Assembly (NCBI RefSeq): GCF_048593235.1
Contig: NC_133623.1
Coordinates: forward strand, 56,572,066 to 56,636,065
Source of the DNA: Sminthopsis crassicaudata
Taxonomy: Eukaryota
Length of the DNA stretch: 64,000 nucleotides
Direction: 5' to 3'
Below are positions 23,601-35,600 of the stretch, piece after piece. The translations under genes and the position numbers were made by a program. Every line of letters starts with the position of its first letter. Position 1 is the stretch's first letter. The notes beneath the pieces are model-generated. The model ran no database searches, was not told the DNA's origin, and saw nothing but the letters and a program-made list of their open reading frames with translations.

Positions 23601-24270
23601 GAGCGTGGGGGCCGTCCCCCTCCTCCCCCTTCCCAGTCCCCTCAGCCTGGACCCCTCGCCACAGCTCTAAGCCTCGGTCTCCTTTCCCTGCTTTCCAGAT
23701 CTGCGATGAGCTCGGAGTGAAGCGGCCCGCTTCAGTGAAGGTGTTTTCAGGGAAAAGTAAGTAAGGGCAGACCCTGGGGGTGGGGGTGGGTGCCGACAGC
23801 TTTTACCTCTGGCCCCAGCTGTGACCTGGCCCTTCTCATGACCTCTGGGCACTTTGGTTGCAGGTGAAAGAAGTTCCTCTGGCCTGTTGGAGTGGGAGTC
23901 CAAGAGCGATGCCCTGGAGACCCTGGGCTTCCTGAACCATTACCAGATGAAGAATCCAAGTGAGTGGCCAGGGATCAGCCTCGGGAAGGGTGGGAGAGAG
24001 CTTGGGGCCCAGACCCAGGGTGTGTGCTGCCAAAGGGTGGTCGAGAGCCCCAAGTGGGGCCAGGGACGCCTGGGCAGGCGGTAGCGGTATTACTCATGGC
24101 CTGGGCTCTGGTTAGGGGAACCCAGGCTTTCAGGTCTCAGAACTGGGGGGCTGGGATCTGGAAAGTGGAAGAGGCTCCCCACCCTGACCTGCTGTGTCTT
24201 CTTCTCCCCAGACGGTCCGTACCCCTACACCCTGAAGCTGTGTTTTTCCACCGCCCAACACGCTTCCTAA
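14177..24270 (+). CDS. HNRNPL: Heterogeneous nuclear ribonucleoprotein L, 13 coding exons, ~607 aa (4 RRMs)
   Basis: Exons 14177-14497, 15853-15971, 17870-18107, 18195-18280, 18855-18951, 19129-19201, 22350-22421, ~22533-22813 (start inside N gap, inferred), 23021-23142, 23397-23598, 23699-23756, 23864-23959, 24212-24270. Sequence MSRRLLPRAEKRRRR...ENYDDPHKTPASPVVHIRGL...GPYPYTLKLCFSTAQHAS* is unmistakable. Confidence 0.98.
16793..16915 (+). mobile_element. Degenerate tRNA-derived marsupial SINE in HNRNPL intron 2
   Basis: ggggcagctggg...gagtcaggaagacc...cctgggcaaatcacttc resembles the intact SINE at 49732. Confidence 0.6.
18281..18854 (+). other. U12-type (minor spliceosome) AT-AC intron, HNRNPL intron 4 (574 nt)
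   Basis: 5' end ATATCCTT, branch point TTTCCTTAAC at 18835-18844, 3' end ...TCAC. Splicing restores VQAMVE-FDSVQSAQRAK in frame. Confidence 0.95.
18519..18646 (-). mobile_element. Marsupial tRNA-derived SINE inside the U12 intron
   Basis: The reverse complement matches the SINE at 49732 (gggcagc...ggcgcag...caggaggacc...gttcaaatg...tagctgtgac...gcaagtcacttaa). Confidence 0.75.
20440..21235 (+). promoter_or_regulatory. CA-rich clusters in HNRNPL intron 6 (hnRNP L autoregulatory region)
   Basis: Many ACAC/CACA motifs (e.g. ccaacacaca 20451, gaacacacag 21011, gcagcacaca 21171). Established: mammalian hnRNP L binds CA clusters in its intron 6 to promote the poison exon 6A. Confidence 0.65.
21349..21528. 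other. N gap, 180 nt
   Basis: Run of N. Confidence 0.99.
22480..22627. other. N gap, 148 nt, covering HNRNPL intron 7 / exon 8 start
   Basis: Run of N; the reading frame is preserved across it. Confidence 0.99.
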
Positions 24271-24529
24271 TTGCACCGCCAGGTCAAGGCCAAGCAGGAA
24301 GCCCACCCGCCTTTCCTTTCTGCCGTTTTTTGCAACAGTTCTTGTATTCCTTTTCTAATGCTAGTTTTAGTAGAGGCTTAACCATAATGGAAACCCTGCA
24401 AGTCTGGAGAAAGGGGAGTCTCCATCTCCAAGATTAACCTTCACTTTTTGAAATTATTGTACATGTGATTTTTTTTTTTTTCCTGTTCATACATTTGTGC
24501 TGCCTGCCCCTGTGCTTCCAGCACATTTC

Positions 24530-24552
24530 AATAAAATTGTTTGGAAAATAAA
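24530..24552 (+). terminator. HNRNPL tandem polyadenylation signals
   Basis: AATAAA at 24530-24535 and 24547-24552, followed by a U/GU-rich region. Confidence 0.85.
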
Positions 24553-26189
24553 CATTGTGGTTATATGATCAGAGAGTGTTTCTTGGTCCTTCCATCTGCA
24601 GTCTGTTCTCCTCATGGGGACTACCTTGGCTCCCCAATGCTGGCGGGAAATGTCTAATAATTAATTTGTGTTTGTGTAACGGCTCGGGCTGAGCAGACAC
24701 GGGGTAAAGGACAGTTCCCAACCCTGAGTAGCTTCACTTGTGGAAAAAAAGACCAAGAAGCTAGTGGGCACTTGGAACACAGAGGTTTTAATTAGGGCCT
24801 AAAGGAAGCAAGAGAGGAGACAGGTTGTGGAAGAGCCTGCAGCAGGACAGGAAGTGAGGGGTAAGGAGGCTGGAAATGGGACAGGCCGCATCTTGTATTT
24901 CCTCTTGGGAGGCAATGGGGAGGTGCTGGTGGGGAGGGGGGAGAGGTAGGTAGGACCAACCAATCCTGTGCCTTAGGAAATCCTTAGGGGGCTGAATGAG
25001 GACGGAGTGGGGGAGAGGCCAGGCTGGCCCCCTGACCTACAGGGGGAGTGAGCCCCGGGAAGACAGGGTATTCAGGGATGATATCAGGCCTTTTACAACA
25101 GCCTAGATACTGGGCTGAGGGTGAGGAGGACCAGAGAGAGGAGAAGCCAGAGGGTCCGGGAGCAAGGGTGTTACCCTGGCCATACATGGGCAAGCATGGG
25201 GGGGGGGGGGCTAGGACATGCAGATTTTAAATAAAAGTATTGGACACTTGCTCTTTCTGAAGGGCAGCAGGGAGGCTGGGACAGGAAAGGTAGAGTTGGA
25301 AAGAGTTAAAGTCAGGGGAAGGAGAGAGGCGGCGGCCGGGGCCAGAGTCCGAGGAGGGCAGCCGAGGAGACGGGAGCACCATGGGGTCAAAGGCTGCCCT
25401 GGGGACGGTGAGAAGTGGATGTGGCCCCTGGTCACTGGGGAGAGCGGCCGGGCCAGAAGCTGGACTTTAAGAGAGGGAGGTGCTCCTTGCAGATGGCTTT
25501 TGATGGCAAAGCCATTAGTGAGCCAGGAGAGGAGACTGAAAATGAATGAGGTGCAGAGAGGTGGCCTGAGGTCATTAAACGGCACCCCCCCCAAACTAAA
25601 GAGCGGGTATGAGGACAGTCCTGGGGTGTTTGAAGGAGAGAAAAGTTGTCTGAGGTCGTGCTCTGGGAACGTCTGCACAGCCAGGAAGGCCCCGAACCTC
25701 AAAGGAAGAGAAGGGGAACCTGAGGTGCCCGAGGGGGTGAGGGCAGCTGGCACTGGAGGGCACAGGGACCGAGGATGAAGGGACAGCGGCTGCCGGGGCC
25801 GGCACTGCAGGCTTCCCAGCCCAAGGGGATGAGAAATGGTGGCCATCCCCACAGTGTAGTGACCACGACAAAGGAAGCTGGAGATCAGACCGGGCAGGAA
25901 GAGCCCAAGCTGCAGGCCGGGTCACCGGGCTCGGCCCAAGCCCTCCTTCCTCTCCTTCCTTTAGCTCCGTTTTCCCTTCCTTCCTTTTCCTTCCTCTTTT
26001 TCCCTTCCATCCCTCCTTTTCCCCCTCCCTTTCTCCCTCCTTCCCCGACTGATGCAGTACCTTGGGGTGGGGGTGGGGGTGGGGCTCCCTTCCCCAGGCC
26101 CCGCCCACTGGGTATAGTGGATCCCTTCCAAACTGGCTACATAATTTTTTTCGTCCGCTCTGACATTCTCCGCTTTACCGATGGGTAAA

Positions 26190-26600
26190 CTGAGGCTTGG
26201 CTAGGGGAGGAGGGCGCCCCCGTCAGGCCGCGCTTCGTTCTCTAGCCCTTGGCCTACCGGCGCCCGAGGCCGGACAAGGGGTGGGGTCAGGGAGAGGCCA
26301 CGCCCCTCCGCCCTCATTCATCATGGCGGCAGGACGCCTTCAGGGCGCGCTGACGGCTGGGGAAACAAGATGGCGCTCTGATCTTTCTCAATATGGTCGC
26401 TGCGCACTGCCCCCTACCCCGCTGCCGAGCGCTGCCCTCACTCAAGATGGCGGCAGTCTCCAAAATGGCCGCGGGCCCTGCCCTCTTTAATATGGTGCTG
26501 TCCCGCCCCCGCCACTCCACTTTGCTCAGGATGGCGGCGGCAATCTCTGGCTCTCGCGGGCTCCGGAGCCTCCTGCTGCGGCGTGAGTCCCCTAGTCCGG
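26190..26600 (+). promoter_or_regulatory. ECH1 CpG island promoter with YY1-type motifs
   Basis: CpG-rich. AAGATGGCG near 26367 and 26444, AAAATGGCCGC at 26462, further ATGGCGGC near 26323 and 26531. Confidence 0.7.
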
Positions 26601-29600
26601 GGGTCCGGGGTGGAGGTCATGACCTCGGGGCGGCAGGGGACAGGGTAGCTCTCTCCCTGGCTCTGACCTCTGACCCATTGTACCCCAGCCCCCCAAGTTC
26701 TGAACCCCCAGTGTGGGCTCACTCTCGCCGGTGTCTCAACTGATGACCTCGCTCTGACACGATCCCACCCGCGTCCTCTCCTCTCCTTCAGCCACGATCC
26801 CCCAGACGCCCCCGCCTCCACCCCCAAATGATCTTTCACTCCACTTACGCCCCCGTCAGGCGCCTCCTCCCTCCTTTCCCCAGAGAAAGCGGCCAGCCCA
26901 CCCGTCCCCCAGCCCCCGCCACCCGCCCCTCCCCCAGCCCGGCTCTTCCTGACCTTTCTCCCACTTTTGTGCTCTGGACCTCCAGGCCCCATGACCTCTC
27001 ACCCACAAAATGGATCTTCGCCCAGACCAAAAGGCCCCCCCTCCCCGCCAATCGCCCTCCCTTTCTCTCCCTGGAGCCCCCTCCTCTTTCAGTCCTCCTC
27101 TCCTAATCTTGGAGCCCCCTCCCCCTTCGGTCTCCCTCCTCTTTCCTAGTCTCTTTGGAGCCCCCTCCCACAGCTTTCCTTGTTCAGCTCCGCCCCGCCC
27201 CACTTGTTTTCCTGAAATTCAGGGTAACTGACTGGGGTCTCTCTTTGCTTCCCCCCACCCCCAAACCAAGAACTGGTGGCCGGCCACAAGCCCCGGCTGG
27301 GCCCGCGCTCCATGAGCTCCGCTGAGGAGCTGGCGGCCTCCCAGGCCAAGGAGCACGACTACGAGTCCCTGCGAGTGACCGAAGCGGGCGCCCACGTCCT
27401 GCACGTGCAGCTAAACAGGCCCGAGAAGAGGAATGCCATGAACAGGGCCTTCTGGAGGTCTGCGCGGGGGAGGGGCTGGGGGCTTGAGGGGGCGGGGCCG
27501 GGGAGGGGAGTGGCCTCCTGGGCGATGGTTCTCCAGCCTGTAGCGGCGGAAGCCCCCGAGGCCCGCAGGGCCCGGCCCAGGGGGCTAGGGGGGGCGAGCT
27601 GGGGATACTAGGAGTGAGGGCCAGCCCAAGGAGTGCCATGGGGTGGGGGCGGGGAGGAGACTTTGGAGGATGGGTACGAATTGGGGCTGCCACTAAGAGG
27701 AGAGATCACAGGGCAACAGTTTGGGACAGCCCGAGCACAGAGAAGTGGGATAGCCCGAGCTCAGAGAGGTGGGATAGCCCGAGCACAGAGAGGTGGGATA
27801 GCCCGAGCACGGGGAGGTGGGACAGCCCGAGCTCAGAGAGGTGGGATAGCCCGAGCTCGGGGAGGTGGGATAGCCCGAGCTCGGGGAGGTGGGATAGCCC
27901 AAGCACAGAGAGGTGGGATAGCCCGAGCACGGGGAGGTGGGATAGCCCGAGCACGGGGAGGTGGGACAGCCCGAGCTCAGAGAGGTGGGATAGCCCGAGC
28001 TCGGGGAGGTGGGATAGCCCGAGCTCGGGGAGGTGGGATAGCCCGAGCACAGAGAAGTGGGATAGCCCGAGCACGGGAGGTGGGACAGCCCGAGCACGGG
28101 GAGGTGGGATAGCCCGAGCACGGGGAGGTGGGACAGCCCGAGCACGGGGAGGTGGGACAGCCCGAGCACGGGGAGGTGGGACAGCCCGAGCTCAGAGAGG
28201 TGGGACAGCCCGAGCACGGGGAGGTGGGACAGCCCGAGCACGGAGCACGGGGAGGTGGGACAGCCCGAGCACTGGGAGGTGGGACAGCCCGAGCACAGAG
28301 AGGTGGGATAGCCCGAGCACGGGGAGGTGGGACAGCCCGAGCTCAGGGAGGTGGGACAGCCCGAGCACGGGGAGGTGGGACAGCCCGAGCTCAGAGAGGT
28401 GGGACAGCCCGAGCACGGGGAGGTGGGACAGCCCGAGCTCAGAGAGGTGGGATAGCCCGAGCTCAGAGAGGTGGGATAGCCCGAGCACGGGGAGGTGGGA
28501 TAGCCCGAGCACGGGGAGGTGGGACAGCCCGAGCTCAGGGAGGTGGGACAGCCCGAGCACTGGGAGGTGGGATAGCCCGAGCTCGGGGAGGTGGGACAGC
28601 CCGAGCTCAGGGAGGTGGGACAGCCCGAGCTCGGGGAGGTGGGACAGCCCGAGCACGAGCACGGGGAGGTGGGACAGCCCGAGCACGAGCACGGGGAGGT
28701 GGGACAGCCCGAGCTCGGGGAGGTGGGACAGCCCGAGCACGGGGAGGTGGGACAGCCCGAGCACTGGGAGGTGGGACAGCCCGAGCACTGGGAGGTGGGA
28801 CAGCCCGAGCTCAGAGAGGTGGGACAGCCCGAGCTCAGAGAGGTGGGATAGCCCGAGCTCGGAGAGGTGGGATAGCCCGAGCACGGGGAGGTGGGACAGC
28901 CCGAGCACGGGGAGGTGGGACAGCCCGAGCTCGGGGAGGTGGGACAGCCCGAGCTCGGGGAGGTGGGACAGCCCGAGCACGGGGAGGTGGGACAGCCCGA
29001 GCACGGGGAGGTGGGACAGCCCGAGCTCGGGGAGGTGGGACAGCCCGAGCACTGGGAGGTGGGACAGCCAAAGCACAGAGAGGTGGGATAGCCCGAGCAC
29101 AGGGAGGTGGGACAGCCCGAGCTCAGGGAGGTGGGACAGCCCGAGCACGGGGAGGTGGGACAGCCCGAGCACGGGGAGGTGGGACAGCCCGAGCTCAGAG
29201 AGGTGGGATAGCCCGAGCTCAGAGAGGTGGGACAGCCCGAGCTCAGAGAGGTGGGACAGCCCGAGCTCAGAGAGGTGGGACAGCCCGAGCACGGGGAGGT
29301 GGGACAGCCCGAGCACGGGGAGGTGGGACAGCCCGAGCACGGGGAGGTGGGACAGCCCGAGCTCGGGGAGGTGGGACAGCCCGAGCACGGGGAGGTGGGA
29401 CAGCCCGAGCTCAGAGAGGTGGGATAGCCCGAGCTCAGAGAGGTGGGATAGCCCGAGCTCAGAGAGGTGGGACAGCCCGAGCTCAGAGAGGTGGGACAGC
29501 CCGAGCACGGGGAGGTGGGACAGCCCGAGCACGGGGAGGTGGGACAGCCCGAGCACTGGGAGGTGGGACAGCCCGAGCACGGGGAGGTGGGACAGCCCGA

Positions 29601-32600
29601 GCTCAGAGAGGTGGGACAGCCCGAGCACGGGGAGGTGGGACAGCCCGAGCTCAGAGAGGTGGGATAGCCCGAGCTCAGAGAGGTGGGATAGCCCGAGCAC
29701 GGGGAGGTGGGATAGCCCGAGCACGGGGAGGTGGGACAGCCCGAGCTCGGGGAGGTGGGACAGCCCGAGCACTGGGAGGTGGGATAGCCCGAGCTCGGGG
29801 AGGTGGGACAGCCCAAGCTCAGGGAGGTGGGACAGCCCGAGCTCGGGGAGGTGGGACAGCCCGAGCTCGGGGAGGTGGGACAGCCTGAGCTCGGGGAGGT
29901 GGGACAGCCCGAGCACGAGCACGGGGAGGTGGGACAGCCCGAGCACGGGGAGGTGGGACAGCCCGAGCACGGGGAGGTGGGACAGCCCGAGCACTGGGAG
30001 GTGGGACAGCCCGAGCACTGGGAGGTGGGACAGCCCGAGCTCAGAGAGGTGGGACAGCCCGAGCACGGGGAGGTGGGACAGCCCGAGCTCAGAGAGGTGG
30101 GATAGCCCGAGCACGGGGAGGTGGGATAGCCCGAGCACGGGGAGGTGGGACAGCCCGAGCTCGGGGAGGTGGGACAGCCCGAGCACTGGGAGGTGGGATA
30201 GCCCGAGCTCGGGGAGGTGGGACAGCCCAAGCTCAGGGAGGTGGGACAGCCCGAGCTCGGGGAGGTGGGACAGCCCGAGCTCGGGGAGGTGGGACAGCCT
30301 GAGCTCGGGGAGGTGGGACAGCCCGAGCACGAGCACGGGGAGGTGGGACAGCCCGAGCACGGGGAGGTGGGACAGCCCGAGCACGGGGAGGTGGGACAGC
30401 CCGAGCACTGGGAGGTGGGACAGCCCGAGCACTGGGAGGTGGGACAGCCCGAGCTCAGAGAGGTGGGACAGCCCGAGCTCAGAGAGGTGGGATAGCCCGA
30501 GCTCGGAGAGGTGGGATAGCCCGAGCTCGGAGAGGTGGGATAGCCCGAGCACGGGGAGGTGGGATAGCCCGAGCACGGGGAGGTGGGACAGCCCGAGCTC
30601 GGGGAGGTGGGACAGCCCGAGCTCGGGGAGGTGGGACAGCCCGAGCTCGGGGAGGTGGGACAGCCCGAGCACTGGGAGGTGGGACAGCCAAAGCACAGAG
30701 AGGTGGGACAGCCCGAGCACGGGGAGGTGGGACAGCCCGAGCTCAGAGAGGTGGGACAGCCCGAGCACGGGGAGGTGGGACAGCCCGAGCACGGGGAGGT
30801 GGGACAGCCCGAGCTCAGAGAGGTGGGATAGCCCGAGCTCAGAGAGGTGGGATAGCCCGAGCTCAGAGAGGTGGGACAGCCCGAGCTCAGAGAGGTGGGA
30901 CAGCCCGAGCACGGGGAGGTGGGATAGTCCGAGCTCGGGGAGGTGGGACAGCCCGAGCACGGGGAGGTGGGACAGCCCGAGCTCGGGGAGGTGGGACAGC
31001 CCGAGCTCAGAGAGGTGGGATAGCCCGAGCTCAGAGAGGTGGGACAGCCCGAGCACGGGGAGGTGGGACAGCCCGAGCTCGGGGAGGTGGGACAGCCCGA
31101 GCTCAGAGAGGTGGGATAGCCCGAGCTCAGAGAGGTGGGACAGCCCGAGCACGGGGAGGTGGGATAGTCCGAGCTCGGGGAGGTGGGACAGCCCGAGCAC
31201 GGGGAGGTGGGACAGCCCGAGCACTGGGAGGTGGGACAGCCCGAGCTCAGAGAGGTGGGACAGCCCGAGCTCAGAGAGGTGGGATAGCCCGAGCTCGGAG
31301 AGGTGGGATAGCCCGAGCACGGGGAGGTGGGATAGCCCGAGCACGGGGAGGTGGGACAGCCCGAGCTCGGGGAGGTGGGACAGCCCGAGCTCGGGGAGGT
31401 GGGACAGCCCGAGCACGGGGAGGTGGGACAGCCCGAGCACGGGGAGGTGGGACAGCCCGAGCTCGGGGAGGTGGGACAGCCCGAGCACTGGGAGGTGGGA
31501 CAGCCAAAGCACAGAGAGGTGGGATAGCCCGAGCACAGGGAGGTGGGACAGCCCGAGCTCAGGGAGGTGGGACAGCCCGAGCACGGGGAGGTGGGACAGC
31601 CCGAGCACGGGGAGGTGGGACAGCCCGAGCTCAGAGAGGTGGGATAGCCCGAGCTCAGAGAGGTGGGACAGCCCGAGCTCAGAGAGGTGGGACAGCCCGA
31701 GCTCAGAGAGGTGGGACAGCCCGAGCACGGGGAGGTGGGACAGCCCGAGCACGGGGAGGTGGGACAGCCCGAGCACGGGGAGGTGGGACAGCCCGAGCTC
31801 GGGGAGGTGGGACAGCCCGAGCACGGGGAGGTGGGACAGCCCGAGCTCAGGGAGGTGGGATAGCCCGAGCTCAGAGAGGTGGGATAGCCCGAGCTCAGAG
31901 AGGTGGGACAGCCCGAGCTCAGAGAGGTGGGACAGCCCGAGCACGGGGAGGTGGGACAGCCCGAGCACGGGGAGGTGGGACAGCCCGAGCACTGGGAGGT
32001 GGGACAGCCCGAGCACAGAGAGGTGGGATAGCCCGAGCACGGGGAGGTGGGACAGCCCGAGCTCAGGGAGGTGGGACAGCCCGAGCACGGGGAGGTGGGA
32101 CAGCCCGAGCTCAGAGAGGTGGGACAGCCGGAGCACGGGGAGGTGGGACAGCCCGAGCTCAGAGAGGTGGGATAGCCCGAGCTCAGAGAGGTGGGATAGC
32201 CCGAGCACGGGGAGGTGGGATAGCCCGAGCACGGGGAGGTGGGACAGCCCGAGCTCGGGGAGGTGGGACAGCCCGAGCACTGGGAGGTGGGATAGCCCGA
32301 GCTCGGGGAGGTGGGACAGCCCAAGCTCAGGGAGGTGGGACAGCCCGAGCTCGGGGAGGTGGGACAGCCCGAGCTCGGGGAGGTGGGACAGCCTGAGCTC
32401 GGGGAGGTGGGACAGCCCGAGCACGAGCACGGGGAGGTGGGACAGCCCGAGCACGGGGAGGTGGGACAGCCCGAGCACGGGGAGGTGGGACAGCCCGAGC
32501 ACTGGGAGGTGGGACAGCCCGAGCACTGGGAGGTGGGACAGCCCGAGCTCAGAGAGGTGGGACAGCCCGAGCTCAGAGAGGTGGGATAGCCCGAGCTCGG

Positions 32601-35600
32601 AGAGGTGGGATAGCCCGAGCTCGGAGAGGTGGGATAGCCCGAGCACGGGGAGGTGGGATAGCCCGAGCACGGGGAGGTGGGACAGCCCGAGCTCGGGGAG
32701 GTGGGACAGCCCGAGCTCGGGGAGGTGGGACAGCCCGAGCTCGGGGAGGTGGGACAGCCCGAGCACTGGGAGGTGGGACAGCCAAAGCACAGAGAGGTGG
32801 GATAGCCCGAGCACGGGGAGGTGGGACAGCCCGAGCTCAGAGAGGTGGGACAGCCCGAGCACGGGGAGGTGGGACAGCCCGAGCACGGGGAGGTGGGACA
32901 GCCCGAGCTCAGAGAGGTGGGATAGCCCGAGCTCAGAGAGGTGGGATAGCCCGAGCTCAGAGAGGTGGGACAGCCCGAGCTCAGAGAGGTGGGACAGCCC
33001 GAGCACGGGGAGGTGGGATAGTCCGAGCTCGGGGAGGTGGGACAGCCCGAGCACGGGGAGGTGGGACAGCCCGAGCTCGGGGAGGTGGGACAGCCCGAGC
33101 TCAGAGAGGTGGGACAGCCCGAGCTCGGAGAGGTGGGACAGCCCGAGCTCGGGGAGGTGGGACAGCCCGAGCTCAGAGAGGTGGGATAGCCCGAGCTCAG
33201 AGAGGTGGGATAGTCCGAGCTCGGGGAGGTGGGACAGCCCGAGCACGGGGAGGTGGGACAGCCCGAGCTCGGGGAGGTGGGACAGCCCGAGCTCGGGGAG
33301 GTGGGACAGCCCGAGCTCAGGGAGGTGGGACAGCCCGAGCTCAGAGAGGTGGGACAGCCCGAGCACGGGGAGGTGGGATAGTCAGAGCTCGGGGAGGTGG
33401 GACAGCCCGAGCACTGGGAGGTGGGACAGCCCGAGCACTGGGAGGTGGGACAGCCCGAGCACAGAGAGGTGGGACAGCCCGAGCACTGGGAGGTGGGACA
33501 GCCCGAGCACAGAGAGGTGGGACAGCCCGAGCACAGAGAGGTGGGATAGCCTGAGCACAGAGAGGTGGGACAGCCCGAGCACTGGGAGGTGGGACAGCCC
33601 GAGCACTGGGAGGTGGGACAGCCCGAGCACAGAGAGGTGGGACAGCCCGATCACGGGGAGGTGGGACAGCCCGAGCACAGAGAGGTGGGATAGCCCGAGC
33701 ACAGAGAGGTGGGACAGCCCGAGCACTGGGAGGTGGGACAGCCCGAGCACAGGGAGGTGGGATAGCCCGAGCTCAGAGAGGTGGGACAGCCCGAGCTCAG
33801 AGAGGTGGGACAGCCCGAGCACGGGGAGGTGGGATAGTCCGAGCTCGGGGAGGTGGGACAGCCCGAGCACTGGGAGGTGGGACAGCCCGAGCACAGAGAG
33901 GTGGGACAGCCCGAGCACTGGGAGGTGGGACAGCCCGAGCACAGAGAGGTGGGATAGCCTGAGCACAGAGAGGTGGGACAGCCCGAGCACTGGGAGGTGG
34001 GACAGCCCGAGCACAGAGAGGTGGGACAGCCCGATCACGGGGAGGTGGGACAGCCCGAGCACTGGGAGGTGGGACAGCCCGAGCACAGAGAGGTGGGATA
34101 GCCCGAGCACAGAGAGGTGGGACAGCCCGAGCACTGGGAGGTGGGACAGCCCGAGCACAGAGAGGTGGGATAGCCCGAGCACGGGGAGGTGGGACAGCCC
34201 GAGCACGGGGAGGTGGGACAGCCCGAGCTCGGGGAGGTGGGATAGCCCGAGCACGGGGAGGTGGGACAGCCCGAGCACGGGGAGGTGGGACAGCCCGAGC
34301 TCGGGGAGGTGGGACAGCCCGAGCACTGGGAGGTGGGACAGCCCGAGCACAGAGAGGTGGGACAGCCCGAGCTCAGAGAGGTGGGACAGCCCGAGCACGG
34401 GGAGGTGGGATAGTCCGAGCTCTGGGAGGTGGGACAGCCCGAGCACTGGGAGGTGGGACAGCCCGAGCACAGAGAGGTGGGACAGCCCGAGCACAGAGAG
34501 GTGGGACAGCCCGAGCACGGGGAGGTGGGACAGCCCGAGCACGGGGAGGTGGGACAGCCCGAGCACGGGGAGGTGGGACAGCCCGAGCTCGGGGAGGTGG
34601 GACAGCCCGAGCTCAGAGAGGTGGGATAGCCCGAGCACAGAGAGGTGGGACAGCCCGAGCACGGGGAGGTGGGATAGCCCGAGCACGGGGAGGTGGGACA
34701 GCCCGAGCACAGAGAGGTGGGATAGCCCGAGCACAGAGAGGTGGGATAGCCCGAGCACGGGGAGGTGGGACAGCCCGAGCACGGGGAGGTGGGACAGCCC
34801 GAGCTCGGGGAGGTGGGACAGCCCGAGCACAGAGAGGTGGGACAGCCCGAGCTCAGAGAGGTGGGATAGTCCGAGCTCAGAGAGGTGGGACAGCCCGAGC
34901 TCAGAGAGGTGGGATAGTCCGAGCACGGGGAGGTGGGACAGCCCGAGCACTGGGAGGTGGGATAGCCCGAGCACGGGGAGGTGGGACAGCCCGAGCTCAG
35001 AGAGGTGGGATAGCCGGAGCACGGGGAGGTGGGATAGCCCGAGCACGGGGAGGTGGGATAGTCCGAGCTCGGGGAGGTGGGATAGTCCGAGCACGGGGAG
35101 GTGGGACAGCCCGAGCACGGGGAGGTGGGATAGCCCGAGCACGGGGAGGTGGGATAGCCCGAGCTCGGGGAGGTGGGATAGTCCGAGCACGGGGAGGTGG
35201 GACAGCCCGAGCACGGGGAGGTGGGATAGTCCGAGCACGGGGAGGTGGGACAGCCCGAGCACGGGGAGGTGGGACAGCCCGAGCACGGGGAGGTGGGATA
35301 GCCCGAGCACGGGGAGGTGGGACAGCCCGAGCACGGGGAGGTGGGACAGCCCAGGCTTGAAGGGAGTTAGAGGATAGCCCAGGGAAAGAAGGGGAATGGG
35401 GGCGAGGCTCCCGTCCTGACCCGGCGCCCTTTTCTCAGGGAGATGGTGGAGTGTTTCAACAAGATCGGCCAGGACCCGCGCTGCAGGGCTGTGGTGATCT
35501 CGGGGGCCGGGAAGATGTTCTCGGCAGGTGCCTGCCGGGCCCCCTCCCCTTCCTCAGGCTGAGCCCCCTCTCCCACCTGCGGCAAGGAGCAGACACCTGT

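Noticed and set aside
27722-35352. CRISPR-like array
   Set aside because: Head-to-tail tandem units with no unique spacers, in a mammalian intron, with no cas genes.
27614-35377. 2587-aa + strand ORF (STGRWDSP repeats) and 1543/1724/650-aa - strand ORFs as protein-coding genes
   Set aside because: A 24-bp unit lacking stops in most frames produces these automatically. They lie inside an intron, exon 2 read-through stops at 27611, and the + ORF switches repeat frame mid-way. There is no non-repeat domain.
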